A stretch of DNA of 64,000 bases from the human T2T-CHM13v2.0 reference genome, Homo sapiens (GCF_009914755.1 NC_060929.1); one strand, 5' to 3'; positions 42,116 through 53,819 are shown, counted from the stretch's first letter. Translations and numbers: made by a program. Notes: generated from the sequence alone by a model not told the origin.

Positions 42116-42849
42116 TGTGGTGGCTCTCACCAGTGCTAGGAACCTTGCTTGCCCTTTCTGGAGAGCTCTAGAAGCACCTTGTGCTGTTGTCTGTGATGAT
42201 CGGAAAGCTGAACGGTTTCTGACCATGGGAACAGCCTTCCTCCTCCATCTGCCTTGTGGGCTCCAGTTGCTCAGAATGCTTCATTTTCCAGACATCTTGT
42301 TTCCTTGCCCTGTCTCTTGTCTGCTACATGTTCTAACTTCTTTCTCCCTTCAGAAATCCTCTCTGGGGTCTATCCAACCTGAGAATGGCTGGCAAATACC
42401 TCTAGGAGGATTTAAATCCTGACTACAACTTCAGAGGTGTCTTCTTAGCATGACCAGGACAAAAGAGCATTCACAGGGACCCTCAATTCTCAGATTAGGG
42501 AACCGACTGTGGTTTCATTTTCTTTCTCTTGGCCCCAGAAGAATCCTCTGACATGGTTAAAAAGGTGTGGGTTAAAAGCAGACAGGCTGGTTCTGCTGCA
42601 GCTGTATGAGCTTGGGAAAGTCATGCAACCTCTCCAGGACTGTGTTATCATTCATACAACGGGTCAATAATACCATACTAACGCCTTAGCAGGCATATAC
42701 CGAGTGGTAGTTCTCTTCTCTCCTCTAGTTAGAAGACATATATAATTTTGGGCAGAGAGCTCAAGGGGAGAGACTGGAACAAATTTGAACTCTTTGGGTC
42801 TCAGAGTGAAAAATCAGTGAGAATAAACTCAACAGAAATGCTAACAAGT

Positions 42850-43050
42850 GTTATTAATTGAGCTGTTACTTCGTGCCTGGCACAGTGCCAAACACTTTGT
42901 ATGTGTTGTCTCATGCAATCTTCCCAGGCGTTCTTTTTTAATTAGGGAGATAGTATTGTGCTCATTTCGAAGGTGAGAAAATCAGGGCTCAGAGAAGTGA
43001 AGTCTGTTGCCCAGAGCTCACAGCTACTAACTGGCTGAGCTGCATCTGCA
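42850..43050 (-). mobile_element. MIR
   Basis: GGCTCAGAGAAGTGAAGT..CACAGCTACT. Confidence 0.75.
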
Positions 43051-43959
43051 GTGGCCTCTTCACACGGGTACTAGGAAGGAGTAGAACGGAGGCTGGATGT
43101 GCTCCTCCCGCTTAAAAATCATTCTTTCAGCCTGCAGAACACTTGCCTCTGGGTCTCTCGGCCCCCAAGGCTTTTCTTCAGCAGCCAGCACCTCTGGCTT
43201 TTGCTTATTGTTTGGATTCGCCCACGGCCTCCGTCCTTTGTGCAGCCTGATTTTTCTTGACTCGTCCTTATTTGCATAAGAGTCTCCCAGAATATTGATG
43301 TGGCTCTTTTCCAGAAAAGCGAGCATCCCCCACACTGCTGGCTCCAGGAAGCCACATGAGCAGGCCAGGCAGGCTCCAGCCCTGGTGCAACACCCCGGTG
43401 CCATCCCCTCCTCCCTGCTTCCTTGCATCCATTCACAGACCATCAGCTGAGCAAAGCTCCTCAGAGCCAAAGCTGTGTTTACCCAGGAAGCCCCAGTTCA
43501 CTCTGGCAGGCCATCTCAGCACAGCAAATATGAGGAAGGAGTGATCTAACAGTCTCCCTGCCCTTGACAGAGGAGGGGCCTCAAGCTCCCAGTCACTTGA
43601 AGAGAAGGCCAAGCCTCCAGCCCTGTAGGATTATTCTGGACTGCCACAGTGAAGAAAGCAGTGTTCCAGCCCCCCACATCCAGCCCAGCCAGGGGTATCC
43701 GGAGGCAGGCATCTGAGGGAAGTGGTGTGTTTGCTCTCTAACTGGGCGACTGAGGGGGACGAGTCACAGGAAGTCCAAGAAGGCTCTTCCAGGAGCTACC
43801 TTTATGTTTCTTCATGTGTGTTCTTAGCTGGTTTTCATATTGGGAGGAAAGGGCAGGAGTGTTTTGGAAATTGATCTTTACCCCAGCTCCTGTGTTGGGC
43901 ATTAGGTGGGCAGAATTCCAGCAAAACACTGCAAAGAACTGGGGGATCTGGCATAGTCA

Positions 43960-44420
43960 CTCATCCATTCATTCATTCATTCATTCATTCACTTTTTCAT
44001 TCCACCAGTCTACTGAGGACTCATTGTGTATCAGCCACTGTTTCAAGGAATAAGATAGGCCAGTTCCTAGTCTCCTGGAGCTACGTTCTAATGGGGTGGG
44101 GACAGACAATAAACAAACCTAATAGAAAAATAATTTCACACAGCGATAGGCAATCTGAAAGTCACACAGTAGGATCCTGTCATTGAGAGTGACGTGGGGC
44201 TGAGGGAGACTACTTGAAACTGGGTGGGCAGTGACATGGAAAGGGCCTTTAGGCTGGACCTGAATATCGAGATGGAGCCAGCTATGCAAAGATCTGGGGA
44301 GACAGTGTTCCAGGCAGAGGGAAGAGCGTGGGCAAGGCCCTGAGTCAGGATGGAGTTTTGCCATATGGGAGGAATGGAATGAAGGCCAGGGGGTTTGGAG
44401 AGGAGCGCTGAGTATACCCA
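43960..44420 (-). mobile_element. L2 3' fragment with (CATT)n tail
   Basis: CATTCATTCATT..AGACAATAAACAA..GCAAAGATCTGGGGAGACAGTGTTCCAGGCAGAGGGAA. Confidence 0.78.
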
Positions 44421-44469
44421 TGCTGGAGTGAGTTTACAATGTATCTGGAACTGTTCTCAATGCCTAACC

Positions 44470-44995
44470 TGCAACATACGTTTATCTTTACACAACACTA
44501 TGACTCCCTGTTACCATTTTGGAAACTTAAGTTCAAAGAGATTGTGCAAACTTCCAAGGTCACACACTTAATCAGTGATAGAGCTGTGATATGAACTCAA
44601 GCAGTCTGATAGGGGAAGCTGTACTCTTAACCTGTACATTATACAGTCACTGCAAACTCACTTGAATGTATTAACAAAATGTTCCAAGATTGTGAAGAGG
44701 AGATGGGTCTTGGAATAGGACAGAACATTTTCCAAGGGGAATGAGGAGGGACCTGGCATTTGTTGATGGTGCCTAGGCTGAGTGCCAGGCACTGGGCTGC
44801 ATGCTTTCTCATCCATTATTCTGATCCCAACCCTCCAAGGTAGACTTCATTAGCCCTGTTTTACAGATGGTGAAAGCACAGGCTCAGAGAGGTGAAGCTT
44901 CCTGCCCAGGGCCACGCAACTAATATCAGATTGACCGAGTGAGGGTTCAGGGCATCTGCCCTGGCATCTGGGCCTTTCTGACCCTCCACATTAAG
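44470..44995 (-). mobile_element. Two minus-strand MIR fragments (about 44470-44645 and 44760-44995)
   Basis: CCAAGGTCACACA and TTTTACAGATG..GGCTCAGAGAGGTGAAG cores. Confidence 0.7.
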
Positions 44996-45194
44996 CTGAT
45001 GCTTTTTTGTCTCATTATTTCTTATTCCTCTCCCTCCAAAAATGAAAATGAATATCCCCAAAAATGTAAAAATCTTAACAGTAAGTGCAAACCTGCTTTA
45101 GGGTGAAGGGAATGGCGGGCTGTCAGCATGCATGTATTGTTCTTCAAATTACCTGTTACCTAGAGGGGAGGAGCAGGACCAGATCCTTCACTGT

Positions 45195-45290
45195 CATGGT
45201 GCCTGCTGGGTGAGCATGAGCATACATAAATACATACAGCATAAATACATACAGCATACATGGTGCCTGCTGGGTGAGCATGAGCATACA
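45195..45290. repeat. Perfect 32-bp direct repeat around a 32-bp spacer with a nested 15-mer tandem
   Basis: CATGGTGCCTGCTGGGTGAGCATGAGCATACA at 45195-45226 and 45259-45290; CATAAATACATACAG at 45225-39 and 45240-54. Confidence 0.95.
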
Positions 45291-46019
45291 GGCATTCCAT
45301 AAATAAAAAGTAAATGTCACACCGTGCAGTGCCGCTGCGTTCTGCAAAGCTTCACCCAGGGGTCCTTGCAATTGCCAGAAGCAGGGTCAGGATTTGTCAT
45401 TCTTATTCCTCTCAGGCCTTTCCTCTGGGGCTGATCCTACCTTCAGGAGACCCAGAGAGCTCATCTTGTAAGGCACCGAGAGAAGAGCCAGGCCACCATT
45501 CGGTACACACCCTCTTCACTTCTAAGCTTAAATTCTAGGTGTGAAAATTTCATCCAACCTCTTCTCTTCATTCATTCACTTGACAAATAGGTATTTGTCT
45601 GCTGTGACCTAGGCTCTGAAGATACTGTGGGGAACAGTGCAGATGAAGGCCCTGCTCTCACAGAGCTTATATTTTAGTAGAGGGATTCAGAACGTTTTTT
45701 AAAAAAAAGGTAAACAAATACACATAAGTGTTATGAAAAAGATAAAACACAGTAATGACAGAAAGAGATGGGTAGGGGGAGAATGATTATTTGCACCTTT
45801 CTCTGTTTTTTCATACCCATTCATCCATCCCTCCCTTTCTCTGTCCACTCATTCATTCATCCATCCCCTACATCTCTCTCTCTCTCTATCTGTATATCTG
45901 ACTATCATCTACCTACACACACATAGAAACACATATACATTTATAGATTTTCATAGATCTCTCTTTATCCCTCCCTCCTTCCCTTCTCTCCTTTCTTATT
46001 CCTTCCTTCCACAATTAAT

Positions 46020-46183
46020 TTTTTTTTTTTTTTTTAGAGACAGGGTCTTGCTCTGTTCCCCAGGCTGGAGTGCAGTGGTGTGATTATGGCTCACTGCAGT
46101 CTGGAACTTATGGACTAAGCGATTCTCCCACCTCAGCCTCCCAACCAGCTGGGATTATAGATGTGTGCCACTACACCTGGCTC
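46020..46183 (-). mobile_element. AluJ right arm / FRAM
   Basis: Poly-T, GAGACAGGGTCTTGCTCTGT..CCCACCTCAGCCTCCC. Confidence 0.85.
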
Positions 46184-47639
46184 ACAACTACTTTCTGACA
46201 CCCACTCAGGGCCAGTTCCTCAGGATGGTTTGTCTCTTTTTTTTTTCTTCAGCTCCCCAGTGACTGGCACCTGGTCATTCGTCCCTGCCTCCTCAGTAGT
46301 GAACATACTGTTTGGCATAAGGGCAAGCATAACAAGCATTTGTGAAATTATCAAATTACAAGAATATCCTATACTTTTTTATATGCATCCAGTTACAAAG
46401 GTGCAATAGAAGCCTCTGCATGTCCTCCCAACCTTAGAATCACCACGTTCCCTGATATGAAGGATGATTATTAAAGGAAAAGCAGAGCATGTGGATAAAA
46501 GTGTATAGCCCTGTATTCGAATTTCCTTGGCATCTTTTTGAATATTCATGCAAAAGTCGAAGACTGTTCCATTTATGAATCAGTTTCCTGATTATCAATT
46601 CAACTCCACAAGCATTTGCTGCACGACTACTATGTGCAGAATGTGGTAGGGATCCATTGAAGATACAATCCTTGCCCTCCTGTTCTTTACTTCCCAGGAG
46701 GGAGATCATAATAATGTGGACAGAACTGTAAATAGAGGCACCTGGGAAGCCTCATGGAGGCCCATGAGAGGAGAGATCCCATTCCATGTTCCTGGGGCTG
46801 CCTGAAGGGATGGCTTTTGAGATTTTTCTTGAAGGAGATAGCCCATTAGCCCAGTTTGGCTGAAGGGAAGAAGGAATCAATGAAAAGTGAGAAATAACTT
46901 GTAAAAGTAGCTGGAGCCTGGAACTCCATACTGAATGGAGACTGAATTTGGAGGCGTTGGTACCCAGAGGCGGGGGAGCACAGCAGCTTTTTAATGGTGG
47001 GGGTGATGTGAAATGGAATGCCATGATCAGGTTAGAATTTGATTTCTTTGGGCTGTGGCTCACAGAGTAAATAGCATGTTCAATGTGATCTTTTTTTTTT
47101 TTTATTTTTTTTATTTTTTATTTTTTTAATTTATTTTTTTATTGATAATTCTTGGGTGTTTCTCACAGAGGGGGATTTGGCAGGGTCATGGGACAATAGT
47201 GGAGGGAAGGTCAGCAGATAAACAAGTGAACAAAGGTCTCTGGTTTTCCTAGGCAGAGGACCCTGCGGCCTTTCGCAGTGTTTGTGTCCCTGATTACTTG
47301 AGATTAGGGATTGGTGATGACTCTTAACGAGCATGCTGCCTTCAAGCATCTGTTTAACAAAGCACATCTTGCACCGCCCTTAATCCATTTAACCCTGAGT
47401 GGACACAGCACATGTTTCAGAGAGCACAGGGTTGGGGGTAAGGTCACAGATCAACAGGATCCCAAGGCAGAGGAATTTTTCTTAGTGCAGAACAAAATGA
47501 AAAGTCTCCCATGTCTACTTCTTTCTACACAGACACGGCAACCATCCGATTTCTCAATCTTTTCCCCACCTTTCCCGCCTTTCTATTCCACAAAGCCGCC
47601 ATTGTCATCCTGGCCCGTTCTCAATGAGCTGTTGGGCAC

Positions 47640-49440
47640 ACCTCCCAGACGGGGTGGTGGCCGGGCAGAGGGGCTCCTCACTTCCCAGTAGGGGCGGCCG
47701 GGCAGAGGCGCCCCTCACCTCCTGGGCGGGGCGGCTGGCCGGGCGGGGGGCTGACCCCCCCACCTCCCTCCCGGACGGGGCGGCTGGCCGGTCGGGGGGC
47801 TGACCCCCCACCTCCCTCCCGGACGGGGCGGCTGGCCAGGCAGAGGGGCTCCTCACTTCCCAGTAGGGGCGGCCGGGCAGAGGCGCCCCTCACCTCCCGG
47901 ACGGGGCGGCTGGCCGGGCAGGGGGGCTGACCCCCCCCCACCTCCCTCCCGGACGGGGCGGCTGGCCGGGCGGGGGGCTGACCCCCCCACCTCCCTCGCG
48001 GACGGGGCGGCTGGCCGGGCAGAGGGGCTCCTCACTTCCCAGTAGGGGCGGCCAGGCAGAGGCGCCCCTCACCTCCCGGACGGGGCGGCTGGCCGGGCAG
48101 GGGGGCTGACCCCCCCCACCTCCCTCCCGGACGGGGCGGCTGGCCGGGCGGGGGGCTGACCCCCCCACCTCCCTCGCGGACGGGGCAGCTGGCCGGGCAG
48201 AGGGGCTCCTCACCTCCCAGTAGGGGCGGCCGGGCAGAGGCGCCCCTCACCTCCCGGACGGGGCAGCTGGCCGGGCAGGGGGGCTGACCCCCCCGACCTC
48301 CCTCCCGGACGGGGCGGCTGGCCGGGCAGGGGGGCTGACCCCCCCCACCTCCCTCCCGGACGGGGCGGCTGGCCGGGCGGGGGGCTGACCCCCCCACCTC
48401 CCTCGCGGACGGGGCGGCTGGCCGGGCAGAGGGGCTCCTCACTTCCCAGTAGGGGTGGCCGGGCAGAGGCGCCCCTCACCTCCCGGACGGGGCGGCTGGC
48501 CGGGCAGGGGGGCTGACCCCCCCACCTCCCTCCCGGACGGGGCGGCTGGCCGGGCGGGGGGCCGACACCCCCACCTCCCTCCCGGACGGGGCGGCTGGCC
48601 GGGCGGGGGGCCGATCCCCCCACCTCCCTCCCGGACGGGGCGGCTGGCCGGGCAGAGGGGCTCCTCACTTCCCAGTAGGGGCGGCCGGGCAGAGGCGCCC
48701 CTCACCTCCCAGACGGGGCGGCTGGCCGGGCGGAGGGCTGACCCCCCCACCTCCCTCCCGGACGGGGCGGCTGGCCGGGCAGAGGGGCTCCTCACTTCCC
48801 AGTAGGGGCGGCCGGGCAGAGGCGCCCCTCACCTCCCGGACCGGGCGGCTGGCCGGGCGGGGGGCTGACCCCCCCACCTCCCTCCCGGATGGCACGGCTG
48901 GCCGGGCGGGGGGCTGACCCCCCACCTCCCTCCCGGATGGGGCGGCTGGCCGGGCGGGGGGCTGACCCCCCCTCACCTCCCTCCCGGACGGGGTGGCTGC
49001 CGGGCGGAGATGCTCCTCACTTCCCAGATGGGGTGGCTGCTGGGCGGAGAGGCTCCTCACTTCTCAGACGGGGCAGCTGCCAGGCGGGGGGGCTCCTCAC
49101 TTCTCAGACGGGGTGGTTGCCAGGCAGAGGGTCTCCTCACTTCTCAGACGGGGCGGCCGGGCAGAGACGCTCCTCACATCCCAGATGGGGCGGTGGGGCA
49201 GAGGCGCTCCCCACATCTCAGACGATGCGCGGCCGGGCAGAGACGCTCCTCACTTCCTAGATGTGATGGCGGCTGGGAAGAGGCGCTCCTCACTTCCTAG
49301 ATGGGATGGTGGCCGGGCGGAGACGCTCCTCACTTCCCAGACTGGGCGGCCGGGCAGAGGGGCTCCTCACATCCCAGACGATGGGCGGCCAGGCAGAGAC
49401 ACTCCTCACTTCCCAGACGGGGTGGCGGCCGGGCAGAGGC
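47640..49440 (-). repeat. SVA GC-rich VNTR (~1.8 kb), CpG-island-like
   Basis: Tandem ~35-50 bp units such as CCTCCCGGACGGGGCGGCTGGCCGGGC; dense CpG. Confidence 0.95.
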
Positions 49441-49804
49441 TGCAATCTCGGCACTTTGGGAGGCCAAGGCAGGCGGCTGGGAGGTGGAGGTTGTAGTGAG
49501 CCGAGATCACGCCACTGCACTCCAGCCTGGGCACCATTGAGCACTGAGTGAACGAGACTCCGTCTGCAATCCCGGCACCTCGGGAGGCCGAGGTTGGCGG
49601 ATCACTCGCGGTTAGGGGCTGGAGACCGGCCCGGCCAACACAGCGAAACCCCGTCTCCACCAAAACCAGTCAGGCGTGGCGGCGCGTGCCTGCAATCGCA
49701 GGCACTCGGCAGGCTGAGGCAGGAGAATCAGGCAGGGAGGTTGCAGTGAGCCGAGATGGCAGCAGTACAGTCCAGCTTCGGCTCCGCATGAGAGGGAGAC
49801 CGTG

Positions 49805-50122
49805 GGGAGAGGGAGAGGGAGAGGGAGAGGGAGAGGGAGAGGGAGAGGGAGAGGGAGAGGGAGAGGGAGAGGGAGAGGGAGAGGGAGAGGGAGAGGGAGA
49901 GGGAGAGGGAGAGGGAGAGGGAGAGGGAGAGGGAGAGGGAGAGGGAGAGGGAGAGGGAGAGGGAGAGGGAGAGGGAGAGGGAGAGGGAGAGGGAGAGGGA
50001 GAGGGAGAGGGAGAGGGAGAGGGAGAGGGAGAGGGAGAGGGAGAGGGAGAGGGAGAGGGAGAGGGAGAGGGAGAGGGAGAGGGAGAGGGAGAGGGAGAGG
50101 GAGAGGGAGAGGGAGAGGGAGA
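49805..50122 (-). repeat. (CCCTCT)53 uninterrupted SVA hexamer
   Basis: 318 bp of perfect GGGAGA on +; agrees with (GR)53 in ORF 49802-50179. Confidence 0.97.
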
Positions 50123-50599
50123 GGGGGAGCCAATGTGATCTTTAAAATAAATTACAGAGATCAAAAGGGAACAGAGTAGGAGAGTTTCTGAGTGTACACA
50201 GAGGTGTAGCATTTCAGATTCATTTAATTAAAGGAGCCAACTGAGAAGGTTGTCACCCTGTCATTTAAGAATTTTTGATAGAAGAGCCAGAGGTTTCATT
50301 TTTGAAGTGGCAAATGCAAATAGACTCTTCACCATACATACGTGCTCATATCAGTTAGTAACTCTTCTTTCTCGATTTTCTTTTATAGTTAATACTGGCT
50401 TAGATTATCCTCTGGCAGGATTCACATTTACCAGAAAAACACAACCTCGCAATGAAGGAGGGTTCTGCGTTTGAGGGGATCACAGATGCTTCCCACTGAG
50501 GGATCCAGTGCCATCTCTTCTGAAGCATGTTCAAGCCCATCTGGCACCATTCTCAGTAGATGGTGGTGGCCTTTCTCTCCCTCTTTCTGTTCTACTATC

Positions 50600-50850
50600 A
50601 TGAGATGAGACAGGAGCCATCGTGGAAGGTGGTTGGAAGCTTGGTCACTGGAGCCAGCCTGTCAGATTCAAACCCCAGCTCTAGCTCCATGCCCCTAGAG
50701 AAAGTTATTAACCTTTCTGAGCCTCACTTTCCTCATAAGAGAACAAGCAGACCTTCCTCATAGGGTTGTTTTAGGATTAAGAGCATTGATATATGCAAAG
50801 CGCTTAGTGTCTAGCATTTACTAAGCACTCAAAAAACAGTAGTATTATCT
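50600..50850 (+). mobile_element. MIR
   Basis: TTCAAACCCCAGCTCT..CTGAGCCTCACTTTCCTCAT..CATAGGGTTGTT..AAGCACTCAA. Confidence 0.8.
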
Positions 50851-52139
50851 CAGCATAACAGTCTTTTTGGACTTTCAAACAACAGAAGCTTTCTCAAGAC
50901 AAACCTAGGTAAACAGAAGTGGAGATCACTGTGTGAACCAGGGTTGAGAGGCTTGAGTTTTGGGCCACACAACATGGCCCCTCTCTTGTAGCAAAGAAGT
51001 CATTCTCTGGGGGTTGTGTCAGTTTCTCTTTTGGTTTTAGTTCTTGCACCTGGATCATGCTACAGATTTTCTATGTGACAGGAGGCCTCAGGTGTACTCT
51101 TTTCCCCTATGAAGTATTTTGTCCAATGTTGTGTTCCTCTGGGAATTTTGTCGTTATTCCTGGTAACAGCCACATTCTTTCACAGCATCATTTGATCTCT
51201 TAAGATTCGGGTGTATCAGGACCAGATTCTGTCCCCAGCTCTATGTGATGAACCACCAGCTTCAGCAGCCTCCTCTCACAGTCTGGGCTGCAGGTTCTTA
51301 CTGAGGCTGAGCCAAACACTGGCAGCCCACGGGGCAGATGTGGCCTGTGATGTTTTGACTGGTCTTCATGATGTTGGCTCACTCAAAATTATAAAATTAA
51401 TTTGAATTTGATGAGACTATATAAAATTGGGCGGTTGAATGTAAACATTTAGATTTCCAGCTGCTCCGAAGTCAGATTAGCCAGCGTCACCGGTCCTGCA
51501 TTCCCACACCACAGTGATTGGCTGGAGCTGATGAGACCTGCCTGCCTTATCTGGGACACGGTCCCCACCAACCCTTTCCCTCCCTGGCTGCTCTGTCATT
51601 CTCACTCTTGCAGGGATAGAGTCAGGGCAAGAGAAAAGGGGAATGGTTCTTATACTCATTCCTTTATCAAATGTGGGAAGACTTTGGGCTTTACCTTCCC
51701 TAGTGTGGACAGTCTCAGGGATTCTCCCAGCTTATCTTCTTTGGTCCTCTTGTTTGTTTCACGGACATTCCTTCTGATGCTGCATATGTGGCCCCAGACA
51801 GAGGATTCTTAATGCTTCCAAATAACACAACACATGGTGGAGTCAGGGCTTGAATCCAGATCTTCTGGATACCATTGCAGAAGATATCTGCCCCTTCCCC
51901 ACATAGTCTTCTGGCTTAGAAATTCTTGGCTAATTCACTCAGAGCCTGCTGTGTGCTGCCTGCTCCATTCTGGAGGTTCAGAGTTGGAAGACATGGACAC
52001 CTGCCTTGGATCACACCCTGATCAGACCAGTGCACCCATTCATTCAACAGATAGTTATCAATAGAAATCAAATGTTTGGATATTGAGAATAGCATTATGA
52101 TGAGGGTCCAGAGTATGTTATTAATAATAATGGTATAAT

Positions 52140-52380
52140 TTTGAGCTTCTGTTATATACACAAACATATGTATAGCTACACCAAGGATTGTGCTCAAGTT
52201 TTGACTTATATTAGCTTGTTTAAGCCTCTTCCACACACTATTTAAGGCAGGTACTATTATTATCATCATTTTATGGATGACAAAACTGAGAAGCTGAAAA
52301 TTTAGGAAACTTGCCCAAGATCACACAGCCAAGAAGCAGACACCAGAACCAGAGCCCCAGGCTCACAAACTTCACTACCT
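52140..52380 (-). mobile_element. MIR
   Basis: GGTACTATTATTATC..AAACTGAG..TTGCCCAAGATCACACAGC. Confidence 0.8.
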
Positions 52381-53496
52381 TGACTCCTAGGCTCTATGTT
52401 ATTCTGACCATCTCTCAGCCAGGAAGTCACTCCCTTTTATACAAATGACATTGTTGGTGCTGATGGTTAAATATTTCTATTCTCACAACATGTGAAAGAG
52501 AGATCCTTGTGATTTGTTACCTAAGCCCCAAGGGTTTCTCCTACCATTTCAGAGAGATAGAAGCTTTTCTTTGCCCCTGAACTGTGACTAAGAAAACAGA
52601 AAGGAGGAAAAAGCCATCAGAAGACTAAAAATCTCTCATCTTTGCAAATAAGAATTCACTCTAACCAAGCTTTTTTGCATGCAGCACTGGGAAGAGACCT
52701 GTTTTTTATTCTATCAACTCGTCCGTATAACAATTTATTGAGAACTTGTTGTGTACCTGATGCACTGCTGGCATTGGGTATGTAAAAATCAATGCAGCAT
52801 GGTCCTTTCTCCAAGTAACTCAATCTCCTGCTTGGTTCTCTTTCCTGGATCATTTTAATTATGGCTCCCCTTTAAGTAAAGGACAAACAGAGAAGTAGCA
52901 CTGAGTCAGATTTTTGCCGCTGGTCTTATGCAGGTGACCTGTTTTTCTTAATGCTCCCCACACATGGGATCTGAGCCAGCTGAGCCCAGAAACCTCCCAG
53001 GCTGAGAAGGTAGTGTGGCACTTCAGCACATGAGACTGTACAGGAGTCAATACAACTGACATGTTAGCCACAGAATCCCTGCTAAGAGCTCTGGAATAGA
53101 AGGGATGCACAGCACCCCACCTGCTTTTCCTAATCCCGTGGATATCATGCTCCAGCCAGCCTTGCCCCTGGAATGGAGACATCTCAGGTAGGGGTTGTCA
53201 TTGTTCCAAGCTTCGTTTGATGCCGTTTCAATCCAGGGTACAGAGTTGCCACATGGAGAGTGAAGCCACCAGAATACATAAGTGAGAAATGAATGGAAAG
53301 ATGGACAGATACCTAGATAGATACATAAATACTTTGCAGAAGTCTGGGACAGTGGAACATAGGAAGAGAGCCTCAGATAGGGAGAAAACAGTAGGTTGAT
53401 TGTGGTAAAGGGAAGGCTTCACTTTGTTATTCAATATACTTATTTATTGAATTGTTTAAACAATATGTATATCTTTCTAATTAAAAGAGAATTTGG

Positions 53497-53810
53497 GGCC
53501 AGGCACGGTGGCTCATACCTGTAATCCCAGCACTTTGGGAGGCTGAGGTGGGCGGATCACAAGGTCAGGAGTTCAAGACCAGCCTGGCCAACATGGCGAA
53601 ACCCTGTCTCTACTAAAAATACAAAAAATTAGCTGGGTGTGGCTGGGTGTGGTGGTGGGTGCCTGTAATCCCAGCTACTCAGGAGGCTGAGGCAGGAGAA
53701 TCACTTGAACCCAGGAGGCGGAGGTTGCAGTAAGCCGAGATTACACCATTATACTCCAGCCTGGGTGACAGAGCAAGACTCTATCTCAAAAAAAAAAAAA
53801 AAAGAGAGAG
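53497..53810 (+). mobile_element. AluSg-like element with internal 10-bp duplication
   Basis: Dimer; GCTGGGTGTG twice at 53632-53651; TSD AGAGA(A/G)TTTGGG. Confidence 0.93.
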
Positions 53811-53819
53811 AGAGAGTTT

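Larger units (their letters stand above)
47094..50130 (-). mobile_element. Full-length SVA retrotransposon, SVA_F-type
   Basis: All domains in order on the minus strand: hexamer 50130-49805, Alu-like ~49804-49440, VNTR ~49440-47640, SINE-R ~47640-47140, poly(A) to 47094. Perfect 13-bp TSD CAATGTGATCTTT (47081-93, 50131-43). CTCATGCGGAGCCGAAG and CCCTGATTACTTGAGATTAGGGATTGG match my recollection of F-subfamily variants (subfamily less certain than family). Confidence 0.98.

Noticed and set aside
43060-43470. Unique block with octamer ATTTGCAT (43270) and overlapping ORFs
   Set aside because: No adjacent SOX site, octamers occur several times across the window, ORFs unrecognisable
45195-45290. 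Repeat-spacer-repeat with CRISPR-like sizes (32/32/32)
   Set aside because: Only two repeats, spacer derived from the flanks, primate DNA, no cas genes
47131-49670. Many overlapping 80-170 aa Pro/Gly/Arg-rich ORFs
   Set aside because: They are translations of the stop-poor SVA VNTR, SINE-R and Alu-like domains; SVA is non-coding
47094-50130. Identification as the TAF1 (XDP) or ASIP SVA, or naming a host gene
   Set aside because: No flanking exon is recognisable, so no locus assignment can be supported
49612-50212. Minus-strand (PL)n and (SP)n ORFs as genes
   Set aside because: Simple read-through of the hexamer repeat; no gene structure
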